The notes beneath the pieces were generated by a model. It was given only the letters and a program-made list of their open reading frames with translations, was not told the origin of the DNA and searched no databases. Both the position numbers and the translations under genes were made by a program. A stretch of DNA of 64,000 nt from an uncultured Bacilli bacterium (GTDB lineage Bacteria > Bacillota_I > Bacilli_A > RF39 > UBA660). Location: the NCBI GenBank assembly GCA_944332475.1, contig CALVKA010000002.1, forward strand, positions 449 to 64,448, given 5' to 3'. Positions 46,650 to 57,571 of this stretch are shown one piece after another. How positions within the stretch are numbered: position 1 is the stretch's first letter; every line of letters begins with the position of its first letter.

Positions 46650-47375
46650 CTATAGATTTAAAATATTATGATGTTCATAAAAACTATAATAACTATCCTC
46701 CCCAACAATGATATGATCGCGTATTGGTATTCCCTGAATATAACCAGTTTTTACCAAATGATCCGTTAAAAGTACATCTTCTTTACTAGGAGTAACACAA
46801 TTAGAAGGATGATTATGAATACACACGATACTAGATGCACTAAGTCGATAAGCTTCCTTAAAAACTTCTCTTGGATGTACAATACTACGATTAATAGTTC
46901 CCATAAATAACAACTTCCTCTCTAACAATTCTTGTCTCTGATTAAAATAATAGCAATAAAAATATTCTTGCTTAGCATTTGTAATAAAATAACGAACATC
47001 TTTCCAAATATCTGCAGCACTACTCAATTGCACTAACTTTTTCTGCTTTCTAAGAAAAATTCTTTTTCCAAATTCAATTGCTGCTAAAATCTCAATAGCT
47101 TTTACTTTCCCTACTCCTTTAACAGAAATAAGATCATAAAAACTACAATTTTGAATATCTGATAATGGAAATCGTTTTAAAATATCCAAAGCTAAATCAT
47201 AAACATTTTTATCCTGATAACCATTTCTAAGTAATATAGCTAATAATTGAGAATCAGATAAAGCATCTGCACCATAATAAATAAATCTTTCTCTTGGCCG
47301 TTCTTCATCTGGCAATTCTTTTATTTTATAACTAATATAAATCACCTCTACTATATTATTAGAAAAAAGGCCCAA
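46650..47375 (-). CDS. radC: RadC-like JAB domain protein
   Basis: KIKELPDEERPRERF N-terminus, HhH region and JAMM motif HNHPS. The start is ambiguous: TTG 47375, GTG, or ATT 47336 after GAGGTGA. Confidence 0.8.
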   Translation of the reverse strand: MGLFSNNIVEVIYISYKIKELPDEERPRERFIYYGADALSDSQLLAILLRNGYQDKNVYDLALDILKRFPLSDIQNCSFYDLISVKGVGKVKAIEILAAIEFGKRIFLRKQKKLVQLSSAADIWKDVRYFITNAKQEYFYCYYFNQRQELLERKLLFMGTINRSIVHPREVFKEAYRLSASSIVCIHNHPSNCVTPSKEDVLLTDHLVKTGYIQGIPIRDHIIVGEDSYYSFYEHHNILNL

Positions 47376-47377
47376 GT

Positions 47378-47854
47378 TTACACATTAAAAATTTGTTCAT
47401 AATTAGCCAAAACCACTTCTTCTACTGTCAATACATCTTCATCAGTATCAGACTCTTGTACCAATAAATCAAACTGACTAACATTACTTGCAAATTCCTC
47501 ATTATCTAATGTCATTTTTTTAATATAAATTTGATATCCCATATTCTCATAAATTTTCTTTATCTTATTCGCGTTATCCTGATCCATAGTAATACCAACA
47601 TATACATAATATTTATTATCTTCTAAAACTGCCAACTTATTCATCAAATCCCCAACATTCTCTTGCATAATATCTTTAGAAGAATAAATTCCTTCTTGTA
47701 AGAAATAAAATGTTTGATTAGTTTGAAACACAGAAACGGTATCAGGTGCTTTCTTATACAAATAATTACCACAAACTGCTCCTAAAACCACAAAAATTAC
47801 AGCTAATAACATTGTCTTTTTCATCAAATCACCATCTATAAGATAACAAAACAT
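47378..47854 (-). CDS. membrane-anchored SPOR-like domain protein
   Basis: 158 aa. N-terminal TM and the pattern FYFLQEGIY....YYVYVGIT.DQDNA.KI.... Confidence 0.4.
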   Translation of the reverse strand: MFCYLIDGDLMKKTMLLAVIFVVLGAVCGNYLYKKAPDTVSVFQTNQTFYFLQEGIYSSKDIMQENVGDLMNKLAVLEDNKYYVYVGITMDQDNANKIKKIYENMGYQIYIKKMTLDNEEFASNVSQFDLLVQESDTDEDVLTVEEVVLANYEQIFNV

Positions 47855-47905
47855 CTATTAGAATTTTGTCGAAAAAAAAAGACATTTTCCTTTTTATTAA
47901 AAATG

Positions 47906-48760
47906 TCAACACTTTTTTACAAATTGATACACATACGCTTCCTCCTGATAAGGTTCCAATGAAGAAGTAAAAGAATAACGAGAAAACTTTAAATCAAATG
48001 TTGTAAGATCAGAAATAGTATCCATCACAATAAATCCTGGAACACCAGCTGGAAAATCTTTATAATGATGATCATGACTCAACGTTGGAAGTTTAATAAA
48101 ATCATCACCAAATCTGCTTTTATGAGCATGACCAGTAATTGTAAACGGCAAAGCAATCAATCGATATTGAGGTCGTATAGTACAATGATGTTCAAAAGAA
48201 AAAGGATAACCAAAAATTGTAAAATAAGATTGAGCATACCCTAAAGGATATACATTCTTTTTCTCACTTGCTAACACTTTTAATAAATCAATGCCATATT
48301 TATGATATTTAGAATCATGATTACCACCGAGAATAAACTGACGCACTTTCTTATCTTCAAGGTAAACATCTAAAATATGTTCTACTTGTTTGATTGGTGT
48401 ATGATAATTCTTTCCTGGTTGAATCATACCATCACCAATATCTCCTCCATGAAATAAATAATGAATACCATTAGTATGACAAAAATCTAACACAATCGGA
48501 AAATAATCTGGATATTCAAATTTACTAGCAAAATGCGTATCTGAAACAAACATAACACGTTCTCCTTGAAAATCAATCATACTATAACTATCCATATAAA
48601 TAGATTTTAACTGTTCTTTTTGCTCATGCTGAAAATATTTTTTATGAGATATTACCTCATCACGTAAAGATTCCAACAACTCATACTTATTCAACTGATA
48701 CTCCTCTAAAACAGTATCAAAATCCTCCCCTGCAATCAAATGTTCCAAAGCCTCTCTCAC
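47906..48760 (-). CDS. metallophosphoesterase
   Basis: 284 aa. SDTH, GGDIGDG, GGNHD and GHAH motifs. Confidence 0.75.
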   Translation of the reverse strand: MREALEHLIAGEDFDTVLEEYQLNKYELLESLRDEVISHKKYFQHEQKEQLKSIYMDSYSMIDFQGERVMFVSDTHFASKFEYPDYFPIVLDFCHTNGIHYLFHGGDIGDGMIQPGKNYHTPIKQVEHILDVYLEDKKVRQFILGGNHDSKYHKYGIDLLKVLASEKKNVYPLGYAQSYFTIFGYPFSFEHHCTIRPQYRLIALPFTITGHAHKSRFGDDFIKLPTLSHDHHYKDFPAGVPGFIVMDTISDLTTFDLKFSRYSFTSSLEPYQEEAYVYQFVKKC

Positions 48761-48831
48761 ATCTACCCTCCTACTATCAGAATACTAAAACAATCAAAAA
48801 AAAGCAATAGAAATATTCTATTGCTACAAAT

Positions 48832-51375
48832 TTATAATTGTGCTTTCAAAGATTGTAATTTTTCTTTTTCCTCTTGTAATTTTTGACGATCTAAATCAAC
48901 AATATTCTTTGGAGCCTTATTTACATAATTTTCATTAGAAAGAAGCTTCTCACGTCTTTCAATAGAAGATTGTAATTTTTTAATTTCCTCCTCTAATTGT
49001 TCTTTATTAACTTCATTTTCAAAATAATAAGTAATTTGAACAAAAGTAGATTGATAAGAAATAGATTGATATTGAGAAACATCCTCATCAGTCATTAATA
49101 AATTATCATCATTAATTTTAAGCTGTGAGCGATAAATATAAATCAAATCATCCTGAGTCTCAAGACTAACTTTCGCATCCTTTTTAACTCCATTAGATAC
49201 TTTCAAATTACGAATTTCAGTTAAATCAGAAATAACTTTTACAACTTCCTCAAAATCCTGTTCAAATATCTCATCTTTATTATAAACTGGATAAGAACTG
49301 ATCATAATAGATTCACTATCTTTAATTGGTAATTTAGAATAAATCTCCTCCGTAACATAAGGCATAAATGGATGCAATAATTTTAATATTGTAGTAAGAA
49401 CATCTAATAAAACACTCTTAGTAGTATCATTCATAAAAGCCTTACTAAGTTCAATATAATTATCACAAAAATCTTCCCATATAAACTGATATAATGCACT
49501 TCCTACATGATGGAATTCATAATGGTCCATATTTTTAATAACCTCTTGTATTAAACGATTCTTAGCAGTTAAAATCCACTTATCCGCTTTACTTAAATTT
49601 TCTAAAGTAAAGTTTTCTTTTGTCAAATCATCAATATTCATCAAAACATAACGAGAAGCATTCCATAATTTATTAATAAAATTCCAAGTAGATTTTACTT
49701 TTTCTTCGTCATAACGTAAATCTGTACCAGGAGCAGTATTCGTTGTTAAATAAAAACGTAAACTATCTGCCCCATATTGATCAATAACATCCATTGGATC
49801 TACACCATTACCTAAAGACTTACTCATTTTTACACCATGTTTATCTCTAATAAGTCCGTGAATAAGACAATCTTTAAATGGTCGTTTACCTGTAAACTCT
49901 AGTCCTTGGAAAGTCATACGATTTACCCAAAAAGGAATAATATCATATGCCGTAACTAATACATTGTTTGGATAATATCTTTTAAAATCCCCAGTCTCTT
50001 CCGGCCATCCCAAAGTTGAAAATGGCCATAGAGCTGATGAAAACCAAGTATCAAGAACATCTTCATCCTGTACCCAACCATCATCCTCTGGAGGAACAAG
50101 TCCAACATAAACTTCATCTCCACGATACCAGGCAGGAATTCTATGGCCCCACCATAACTGTCTCGAAATACACCAATCATAAGTAATCTCCATCCAATGA
50201 TTCATTGTCTTTTCATAACGTTCCGGTACAAAATTAACTTTTGTATCTTTATTTTTTTGATTTTCCAAAACCCTATCAGCAAGAGGCCTCATCTTAACAA
50301 ACCATTGTTTAGAAAGGGTTGGCTCAACTACCGCATCACTTCTCTCACTATGACCAACATTATGAATCATTTCTTCAATACGAATTAACAAATCTTGATT
50401 TTTTAAATCTTCTACTAATTTTTCACGGCACTCTTCACGGGTCATTCCTTCATATCCAGGTGCATTCTCATTCATCGTAGCATCCAAATTCATAACAACT
50501 ACCCTAGGCAAATTATGACGCATTCCTACTTCATAATCATTAGGATCATGAGCAGGTGTAATTTTAACAACACCAGTACCAAACTCAGGGTCTGCATGTA
50601 TATCTCCAACAATAGGAATCTCTTTATTAACAATTGGTAAAATTACCGTTTTCCCAATTAAATGTTTATAACGTTCATCCTTAGGATTAACAGCAACCGC
50701 CGTATCACCAAATAAAGTTTCAGGACGAGTCGTCGCTACATCCAAATAATCATCTGTTCCAGCAATAAAATACTTAATATGATAAAAAGCACCTTTATCT
50801 TCTTTATAAATAACTTCTTCATTAGAAAGAGCTGTCATTTGTACAGGATCCCAATTGATAATTCTTTCACCACGATAAATTAATCCTTTTTCATATAATT
50901 TTACAAAAACATAATTAACCGCATCATTAAGACCTTTATCTAAAGTAAATCTTTCCTTGGAATAATCCAAACTAAGTCCTAACTTAGCCCATTGCTCATG
51001 AATAGTATTAGCATACTCATCTTTCCAACTCCACGCATGTTTTAACCACTCTTCACGAGAAATACTCCGAGGATCAATTCCCATATCACGAAGACGCCTA
51101 TCAACTTTAGCTTGAGTAGCAATACCAGCATGATCCATCCCAGGAAGCCATAACGCATCATAGCCTTGCATTCTTTTATATCGAATAAGAATATCTTGAA
51201 GAGTCGTATCCCAGGCATGTCCTAAATGTAATTTTCCTGTTACATTTGGAGGAGGTATTACAATACAATATGGAGTTTTATCACTTTTACTATCAGATTT
51301 AAAATAACCCTTACTCTTCCATTCTTCATATTTATTTTTTTCAACATCTATATGATTATATTTTTTATCTAACAT
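48832..51375 (-). CDS. valS: valine--tRNA ligase
   Basis: 847 aa. HLGH (HIGH) and KMSKS motifs and a C-terminal coiled coil. Confidence 0.95.
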   Translation of the reverse strand: MLDKKYNHIDVEKNKYEEWKSKGYFKSDSKSDKTPYCIVIPPPNVTGKLHLGHAWDTTLQDILIRYKRMQGYDALWLPGMDHAGIATQAKVDRRLRDMGIDPRSISREEWLKHAWSWKDEYANTIHEQWAKLGLSLDYSKERFTLDKGLNDAVNYVFVKLYEKGLIYRGERIINWDPVQMTALSNEEVIYKEDKGAFYHIKYFIAGTDDYLDVATTRPETLFGDTAVAVNPKDERYKHLIGKTVILPIVNKEIPIVGDIHADPEFGTGVVKITPAHDPNDYEVGMRHNLPRVVVMNLDATMNENAPGYEGMTREECREKLVEDLKNQDLLIRIEEMIHNVGHSERSDAVVEPTLSKQWFVKMRPLADRVLENQKNKDTKVNFVPERYEKTMNHWMEITYDWCISRQLWWGHRIPAWYRGDEVYVGLVPPEDDGWVQDEDVLDTWFSSALWPFSTLGWPEETGDFKRYYPNNVLVTAYDIIPFWVNRMTFQGLEFTGKRPFKDCLIHGLIRDKHGVKMSKSLGNGVDPMDVIDQYGADSLRFYLTTNTAPGTDLRYDEEKVKSTWNFINKLWNASRYVLMNIDDLTKENFTLENLSKADKWILTAKNRLIQEVIKNMDHYEFHHVGSALYQFIWEDFCDNYIELSKAFMNDTTKSVLLDVLTTILKLLHPFMPYVTEEIYSKLPIKDSESIMISSYPVYNKDEIFEQDFEEVVKVISDLTEIRNLKVSNGVKKDAKVSLETQDDLIYIYRSQLKINDDNLLMTDEDVSQYQSISYQSTFVQITYYFENEVNKEQLEEEIKKLQSSIERREKLLSNENYVNKAPKNIVDLDRQKLQEEKEKLQSLKAQL

Positions 51376-51705
51376 AATATCACCTTTCTCCTTACAAATT
51401 TAATTTAAAATACGATTTATAAATAGAAATTGACTCGTACATAATCACTTCGATATATAGCTTTCATATAATAATCACCTCTAATAAAAAAGAGCCTCAT
51501 CCAAAGGACGAAAGCTCGTGGTACCACCTTATTTTATAGAATTAAAATTCTACCTTAACATCTTAACGCGATGAACGGAACAACTTACTATTAGTTCAGA
51601 AATTCTGCTCCACTGCTACCTTCAAAATAGTCCACTAGTTATTTTCACCATCCATAACCTCTCTAAAAGTTTTCTATTTTTACTCCTCAGTTTCCCTGCA
51701 TATAT
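51376..51705 (-). promoter_or_regulatory. T-box riboswitch leader of valS (with intrinsic terminator about 51486-51520)
   Basis: Minus strand shows AGAGAG (GA/K-turn region), a putative specifier region GAAGGUAGC containing GUA (Val), the T-box core AAUAAGGUGGUACCACGAG, then a hairpin and UUUUUU. Confidence 0.8.
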
Positions 51706-51710
51706 AACAT

Positions 51711-51739
51711 AGTATAAACTATTTAATAAAAATTTACAA
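51711..51739 (-). promoter_or_regulatory. putative sigma-A promoter of the valS leader
   Basis: Minus strand reads TTGTAA, 17 nt, TATACT. Confidence 0.45.
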
Positions 51740-51763
51740 GAAAAAATACTGAAAACAAAAAGA

Positions 51764-52432
51764 TTAGCTTTCACTAATCTTTTCAACTTCAGGATATTCT
51801 TTCCCTTTTAAATCTATAATAGCCTTTTTAATAGTCAAATTATGAGTAAGTTTTCCTGTATCAGGATCAGAAACACCTTCATTTCTAACAATACGATTAA
51901 CAATTTCCTTTCCATCAATTACCCTTCCAAAAGCAGCATATTGACCATCCAATGATTCAGCATCACCTAACATGATAAAGAATTGACTACCAGCAGAATC
52001 ATAATCTTGACTTCTAGCCATAGAAACAACCCACTTCTCATGTTTTAAATCATTTTCAAAACCATTCTCGCTAAATTCCCCCTCAATCGTATAACCAGGA
52101 CCGCCAGTACCAGTACCATTAGGGTCCCCTCCCTGCAAAACAAAATTAGGAACTAAACGATGAAATGAATTATTATCATAAAAACCTGATGTTACTAACG
52201 AAATAAAATTATTTACTGTATTAGGGGCTACATCAGGATATAACTCCATTACAATAGAACCGTAATCTTCAATATACATCGCTACAACAGGATTTTCCGT
52301 ATCATATTGATCTAGTTGCTCCACATTTCCATCCTGATCATAAGAAATTCCTAGCAAATCTTCTTCAGCACCACAACCAGTCAAACAAAATGCAGAGACA
52401 AAAATCATACAAATAAATAAAATTTTTTTCAT
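51764..52432 (-). CDS. cyclophilin-type peptidyl-prolyl isomerase, lipoprotein
   Basis: 222 aa. Lipobox LTGC, FHRLVPNFVLQGGDP and MARS...SAGSQFFI. Confidence 0.85.
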   Translation of the reverse strand: MKKILFICMIFVSAFCLTGCGAEEDLLGISYDQDGNVEQLDQYDTENPVVAMYIEDYGSIVMELYPDVAPNTVNNFISLVTSGFYDNNSFHRLVPNFVLQGGDPNGTGTGGPGYTIEGEFSENGFENDLKHEKWVVSMARSQDYDSAGSQFFIMLGDAESLDGQYAAFGRVIDGKEIVNRIVRNEGVSDPDTGKLTHNLTIKKAIIDLKGKEYPEVEKISES

Positions 52433-52433
52433 A

Positions 52434-53852
52434 CTATTTCTCCTTTTCTAAAATATCCCTAGCAGCAACAAGACCTGTAGCTGCTGCAACAACAATATTA
52501 CCAGCCTTCCCAGCACCATCACCAATAAAATAAATATCTTCATTTTTTAATTTGAAATGATTATCAGTTTCTATTTCATTACTAAAAAATTTAATCTCTG
52601 GCCCATAAAGTAAAGTTTCATCATTATTAACACCAGGAATGATTTTATCAAATTTTTCTAATCCTTCTAAAATATTAGTAATAATACGATGTGGCAATAC
52701 CAATGCCAAGTCTCCCGCGACACAATCTTTCAATGTGGGTTCAACAAAACCTTGATTAATACGATGCCAAGTAGATCTTCTTCCACGTCTCAAATCTTTT
52801 AATGACTGAATAATAGGTTTCGAATCACCTAATACATTTGCAATTCTAGCAATCGATTCTCCATAAAGACGTGTGTTCGTAACTGGTTCTGTAAGATGCA
52901 CACGACTAATAAAAGCAAAATTACTATTATTAGATTTAACATCTTTCAAAGCATGCCCATTAACGCAAATGTATCCATAATAATTTTCTTTGGCAACAAA
53001 TCCACCAGGATTCGTACAAAAAGTACGAATTTGATCACCATAAGTATCGGTACGAATAAAAATAGTTGGATCATAAATTATATTAGTAATCGCTTCTAAA
53101 ATTTCTTTTCGAACTTCCACTCTAACTCCAATTTCAATACTTTGGGACAAATATGGAATATGATATTTATCTGCCAATTCCTGTATCCATTTAGCCCCTG
53201 TTCTACCTGGTGCAACAATCACTTTATGAGCATGTATTTTTTGATTCTCATTATATAAAACATCATAACCATTTTCAACAGAAACAATATCCTGAACATT
53301 TGTATTCTCAAACAAAGTAACACCATGTTTTTCTAAAAACTCGCTAAACGCATCAATATATTCAGGAAGATGATCGCTCCCTAAATGTTTTTGTCTAATC
53401 AATAGCAGTTTAGCACCTTGAATAGCAACCTTTCTTTTAATCTCCATAGCCTCATCAAGATTGCTAGGAAAAACATCACTATCCATCCCGAATTGAGTAA
53501 ATATTTTCTCCGTATCATCTATTAATTGCTCTGCCTGACTTTGACTCATATACTTAAACAAATCACTTTTACCAAGTTTAGGAATAAAATTTAACTTTCC
53601 ATCAGAAAAAGTACCTGCACCACCATATCCAGATAAAATACGACAAGGATTACAATTGACACAATTTGTTTTATTTTTATTCATTGGACAAAATCGAGTT
53701 TTCACCTTTGGACCTTTATCCATTAATGCAATTTTTAATTTTTTGTTTTTTATAATTAATTCATAGGCTGAAAACAAACCAGCAGGGCCAGCCCCTACAA
53801 TTACAACATCATATTTCATTTCTATCACCATTATTATTGTATCATAAAACAA
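52434..53852 (-). CDS. FAD-dependent oxidoreductase (COG2509-like)
   Basis: Probable start at MKYDVVIVGAGPAG (dinucleotide-binding GxGxxG). C-terminal GDGAG. Confidence 0.7.
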   Translation of the reverse strand: MFYDTIIMVIEMKYDVVIVGAGPAGLFSAYELIIKNKKLKIALMDKGPKVKTRFCPMNKNKTNCVNCNPCRILSGYGGAGTFSDGKLNFIPKLGKSDLFKYMSQSQAEQLIDDTEKIFTQFGMDSDVFPSNLDEAMEIKRKVAIQGAKLLLIRQKHLGSDHLPEYIDAFSEFLEKHGVTLFENTNVQDIVSVENGYDVLYNENQKIHAHKVIVAPGRTGAKWIQELADKYHIPYLSQSIEIGVRVEVRKEILEAITNIIYDPTIFIRTDTYGDQIRTFCTNPGGFVAKENYYGYICVNGHALKDVKSNNSNFAFISRVHLTEPVTNTRLYGESIARIANVLGDSKPIIQSLKDLRRGRRSTWHRINQGFVEPTLKDCVAGDLALVLPHRIITNILEGLEKFDKIIPGVNNDETLLYGPEIKFFSNEIETDNHFKLKNEDIYFIGDGAGKAGNIVVAAATGLVAARDILEKEK

Positions 53853-53951
53853 AATGGAAGAAAACAGATGAGAAAATGTAAATTTCCAATATTTTAATAC
53901 TCTACCCTCCTACTTTTACACAAATTATGGTACAATAATAATGGTGGTACA

Positions 53952-54872
53952 ATGATAACACGAACAGAAAAAAATGAAGAAAAGCAAAAAGAAATTATAA
54001 AAGAAGAAAATCGTGAACTTCGTAAAAAAATTGTTTTAACAAGTTTAAAAGTTATCTTTATTATAATTATCATAAGTATGCTTTTCTATTTATATACAAC
54101 CTATATATCATCCAAAATAATTACAGTAAAAGAAGAAAGAATTATTAGTGAAAAACTTCCTTCAAATTTTGATGGTTTAAAAATAATTCAAATATCAGAC
54201 ATTCACTATGGATCAACAATATTTATGGATGATATAAAAAAACTAGTATCATTGGTAAATAGGAGAAACCCAGATTTAGTAGTTTTTACTGGGGATTTAA
54301 TAAACAAGGGTTATAAAATTAACTCAAAAGAACAAGAAAATTTAATTAAGCAACTAAAAAAAATAAAATCTACAATTGGAAAATATGCTATTATGGGGGA
54401 AGAAGATACAGACCAATTCACTACTATTATGAATCAAAGTGAATTTACAATATTAAATAACGATTATGACTTGATTTATAAAGATAGTAATACCCCTATT
54501 TTATTAATCGGACTAAGTAGTAGTATCAGTAATAATATAAATATTAATCAAGGATATGAATACTTTACACAACCAACTCATAATTCTAATATTTACACAA
54601 TAACCCTATTACATGAACCAGATAATGTAGATGAAATTACTGCAAGTTATCAAACAGACCTATTTTTAGCTGGACATTCTCACAACGGACAAGTATATAT
54701 ACCATATATTGGAGGATTATTCAGAAAAGAAGGAGCCGAACACTATATAAACGGTTTTTATCAATTAGAAAATTCGAAATTATATATATCAAGCGGAATT
54801 GGAACAACAGGTAATGGATTTAGACTATTTTGTAGGCCAAGCATTAACTTTTTTAGACTTTCATCTAAATAA
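53952..54872 (+). CDS. membrane-anchored metallophosphoesterase (YkuE-like)
   Basis: 306 aa. N-terminal TM, SDIHYG, TGDL, LHEP and GHSHNGQ. Confidence 0.8.
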   Translation: MITRTEKNEEKQKEIIKEENRELRKKIVLTSLKVIFIIIIISMLFYLYTTYISSKIITVKEERIISEKLPSNFDGLKIIQISDIHYGSTIFMDDIKKLVSLVNRRNPDLVVFTGDLINKGYKINSKEQENLIKQLKKIKSTIGKYAIMGEEDTDQFTTIMNQSEFTILNNDYDLIYKDSNTPILLIGLSSSISNNININQGYEYFTQPTHNSNIYTITLLHEPDNVDEITASYQTDLFLAGHSHNGQVYIPYIGGLFRKEGAEHYINGFYQLENSKLYISSGIGTTGNGFRLFCRPSINFFRLSSK

Positions 54873-55928
54873 ATCTTTTAACCAATCAAAGAAAGAATGA
54901 GTTTCTTTCTTTTTTTCCTGCACAAAAACAGGGACTTCACCTATTTTTTCTTTTTTCAAATATATATCAATTTTACCAATTTTATCAGACGATGATTGAT
55001 CAAAAAAATGTACTATCGTTTTAATATCATCAACCTCTTTTTCTGTCAGTGGATAATAAAAAGACTCCTTTAAATAAACATCTTTATCAACAAATTGGGA
55101 ATCAACAGAAAAATGATTTTTATCAATAATTTTATATCGATGATATTTAGAAAAAATATTTTCATATAAATTTTGATGATTATTATAACTATCTCCATCA
55201 GATAAACTCACAATTGTTAAATTTAGTCCATCTTTTGACGCAGTAGTGACTAGTGTTTTACCAGCTTTTGGAGTATAACCATTTTTGCCACCAGTACAAT
55301 ATTCATAATCTGTCAACAACTGATTACGATTATACCAAAGATATGTCTTCTTCCCAGTAGATACCTCATACTTATTAGTAGAAACAATATTACGATAGGT
55401 TTTATTCTGATAAGCATACTGAGAAAGCAAAGCCATATCATAAGCAGTAGAATAATTTTCAGTTACCTCATCTAATCCATGAGGATTTTGAAAAGAAGTA
55501 TGTTCCATACCTATTTCTTTCGCTTTAGTATTCATCATTTTAACAAATTTTTTTTCATTCCCCCCTACTTCTTTTGCAATAACAACAGAAGCATCATTTC
55601 CACTTCGAAGAAGTAAACCATAAAGCAAATCACGTAAGCGCATTTGTTCTCCTACTTCAAGATATATATTAGTACCATACATAGTCAAAACTTCTTCGTC
55701 AACGATAACTTTTTTATTAAGATTGCCATTTTCGATAGCCAAAATAGCAGTCATAATTTTTGTAGTAGAAGCAATTAATCTCTCCTCATAAGCATTATTT
55801 TCGTACAAAACTCTCCCACTATCCAAATCCATAACAATACTTGATCTAGAAGAATCCGCAAAAACACGAACTGGTATAAAAAAAATAAAAATAAATAAAC
55901 TGACAATTATTTTTTTCAAGATAATCAC
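54861..55928 (-). CDS. D-alanyl-D-alanine carboxypeptidase (S11 PBP)
   Basis: 355 aa. Signal/TM segment, SxxK as ASTTKIMT, SGN as RSGND, and KxG-like GGKNG. Confidence 0.8.
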   Translation of the reverse strand: MIILKKIIVSLFIFIFFIPVRVFADSSRSSIVMDLDSGRVLYENNAYEERLIASTTKIMTAILAIENGNLNKKVIVDEEVLTMYGTNIYLEVGEQMRLRDLLYGLLLRSGNDASVVIAKEVGGNEKKFVKMMNTKAKEIGMEHTSFQNPHGLDEVTENYSTAYDMALLSQYAYQNKTYRNIVSTNKYEVSTGKKTYLWYNRNQLLTDYEYCTGGKNGYTPKAGKTLVTTASKDGLNLTIVSLSDGDSYNNHQNLYENIFSKYHRYKIIDKNHFSVDSQFVDKDVYLKESFYYPLTEKEVDDIKTIVHFFDQSSSDKIGKIDIYLKKEKIGEVPVFVQEKKKETHSFFDWLKDLFR

Positions 55929-55997
55929 CTATTACACTATATGTAAATTTAAAAAAATTTATTTGATGAAATCATCATAAATCAAAAATTCATTTTA

Positions 55998-56026
55998 TTG
56001 CGAAGAAAAAAAGATTATGATAAAAT
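55998..56026 (+). promoter_or_regulatory. putative extended -10 promoter of proS
   Basis: TTGCGA, 17 nt, TAAAAT, preceded by TGa. Confidence 0.45.
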
Positions 56027-56053
56027 GAACTACATATAAAAGGAGGAGCTAAA

Positions 56054-57496
56054 ATGCCAAAAGAAAAAAAACTTGTTGAATCTATTACATCTAGAGATGA
56101 AGATTTTGCACAATGGTACACAGATGTGGTAAGAGAAGCAAAACTTTGTGATTACTCAAGTGTAAAAGGATGCTTAAATTATTTACCGAATGGTTATGCA
56201 ATTTGGGAAAACATTCAATCTATTCTTGACAAAAGATTTAAAGAAACCGGAGTCGAAAATGTATATCTACCAATTCTAATTCCCGAAAGCTTACTTCAAA
56301 AAGAAAGTGACCATATAGAAGGATTTGCACCTGAAGTTGCATGGGTAACACACGGTGGACTTGAAAAACTAGAAGAAAAACTTTGTATTAGACCAACTTC
56401 AGAGACGTTATTTTGTGACTACTGGCAAAAAAATATAAAATCATATCGTGATTTACCAAAAATATGGAATCAATGGAATTCTGTTCTACGCTGGGAAAAA
56501 ACAACAAGACCATTTCTTCGATCAAGAGAGTTTTTATGGCAAGAAGGACATACACTTCATGCAACTGCGAAAGAAGCAAAAGAAAGAACACAACAAATGT
56601 TAAATATTTACTATGACTTCATAACAAAAGATTTAGCAATTCCATTAATAAAAGGTAGAAAAACTGAAAGTGAAAAATTTGCTGGAGCTGAAGCAACCTA
56701 CACAATTGAAGCTATGATGCATGACGGAAAAGCACTTCAATCAGGAACGAGCCACTACTTCGGTAATGAATTCCCAGATGCATTTAATATTAAGTATTTA
56801 GATAAAGACAATAAATTACACAGCGCATATGAAACATCGTGGGGACTTTCAACAAGAATCATTGGCGCAATAATCATGGTCCATGGAGACAACTCCGGAT
56901 TAATTTTACCACCCAAAATAGCACCTACACAAACTATGATTATTCCAATAGCTCAACACAAAGAAGGAATATTAGAAAAAGCAAATGATTTACTAACAAA
57001 ATTAAAAAAAGAAGAGATTAGAGTAAAATTAGATGATTCTGATAAAACACCAGGGTACAAATTCGCTGAGCAAGAAATGTTAGGAATTCCAACTAGAATT
57101 GAATTAGGACCGAAAGATATTGAAAAAAATCAAGCAGTCATAGTAAGAAGAGATACCAATGAAAAAATAATTGTATCTCTAAATGAAATTAATAAAAAAT
57201 TAACAGAAATTCTAGAAACAATACAACATGATATGTATCAAAAAGCCGAAAAATTCTTAAACTCACATATTCAAACCGCAACAACAATTCAAGAAATGAT
57301 TGAAAAATGTAATAACGAAAAGGGATTCATAAAAGCTATGTGGTGCGGAAACGAAGAATGTGAAGATAAAATAAAAGCATTAACCGGTGGAGCGGGATCC
57401 AGGTGCATTCCTTTTGAAAAAGAAAAGCTTTCAGAAAAATGTATTTGCTGTGGAAAAGATGCTAAACATATGGTAATTTGGGGAAAATCATATTAA
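56054..57496 (+). CDS. proS: proline--tRNA ligase, archaeal/eukaryote-like type without INS editing domain
   Basis: 480 aa. Class II core, anticodon-binding domain and a C-terminal Cys-rich domain ([11 protein letters not shown]...CIPF...CICCGK). Confidence 0.9.
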   Translation: MPKEKKLVESITSRDEDFAQWYTDVVREAKLCDYSSVKGCLNYLPNGYAIWENIQSILDKRFKETGVENVYLPILIPESLLQKESDHIEGFAPEVAWVTHGGLEKLEEKLCIRPTSETLFCDYWQKNIKSYRDLPKIWNQWNSVLRWEKTTRPFLRSREFLWQEGHTLHATAKEAKERTQQMLNIYYDFITKDLAIPLIKGRKTESEKFAGAEATYTIEAMMHDGKALQSGTSHYFGNEFPDAFNIKYLDKDNKLHSAYETSWGLSTRIIGAIIMVHGDNSGLILPPKIAPTQTMIIPIAQHKEGILEKANDLLTKLKKEEIRVKLDDSDKTPGYKFAEQEMLGIPTRIELGPKDIEKNQAVIVRRDTNEKIIVSLNEINKKLTEILETIQHDMYQKAEKFLNSHIQTATTIQEMIEKCNNEKGFIKAMWCGNEECEDKIKALTGGAGSRCIPFEKEKLSEKCICCGKDAKHMVIWGKSY

Positions 57497-57571
57497 TGAT
57501 TTTCTTTTTTTTATAAAACAAAACAAAAAGCCTTAATTTTTTCTAATAATATAAATATAAGGAGGAATGAT

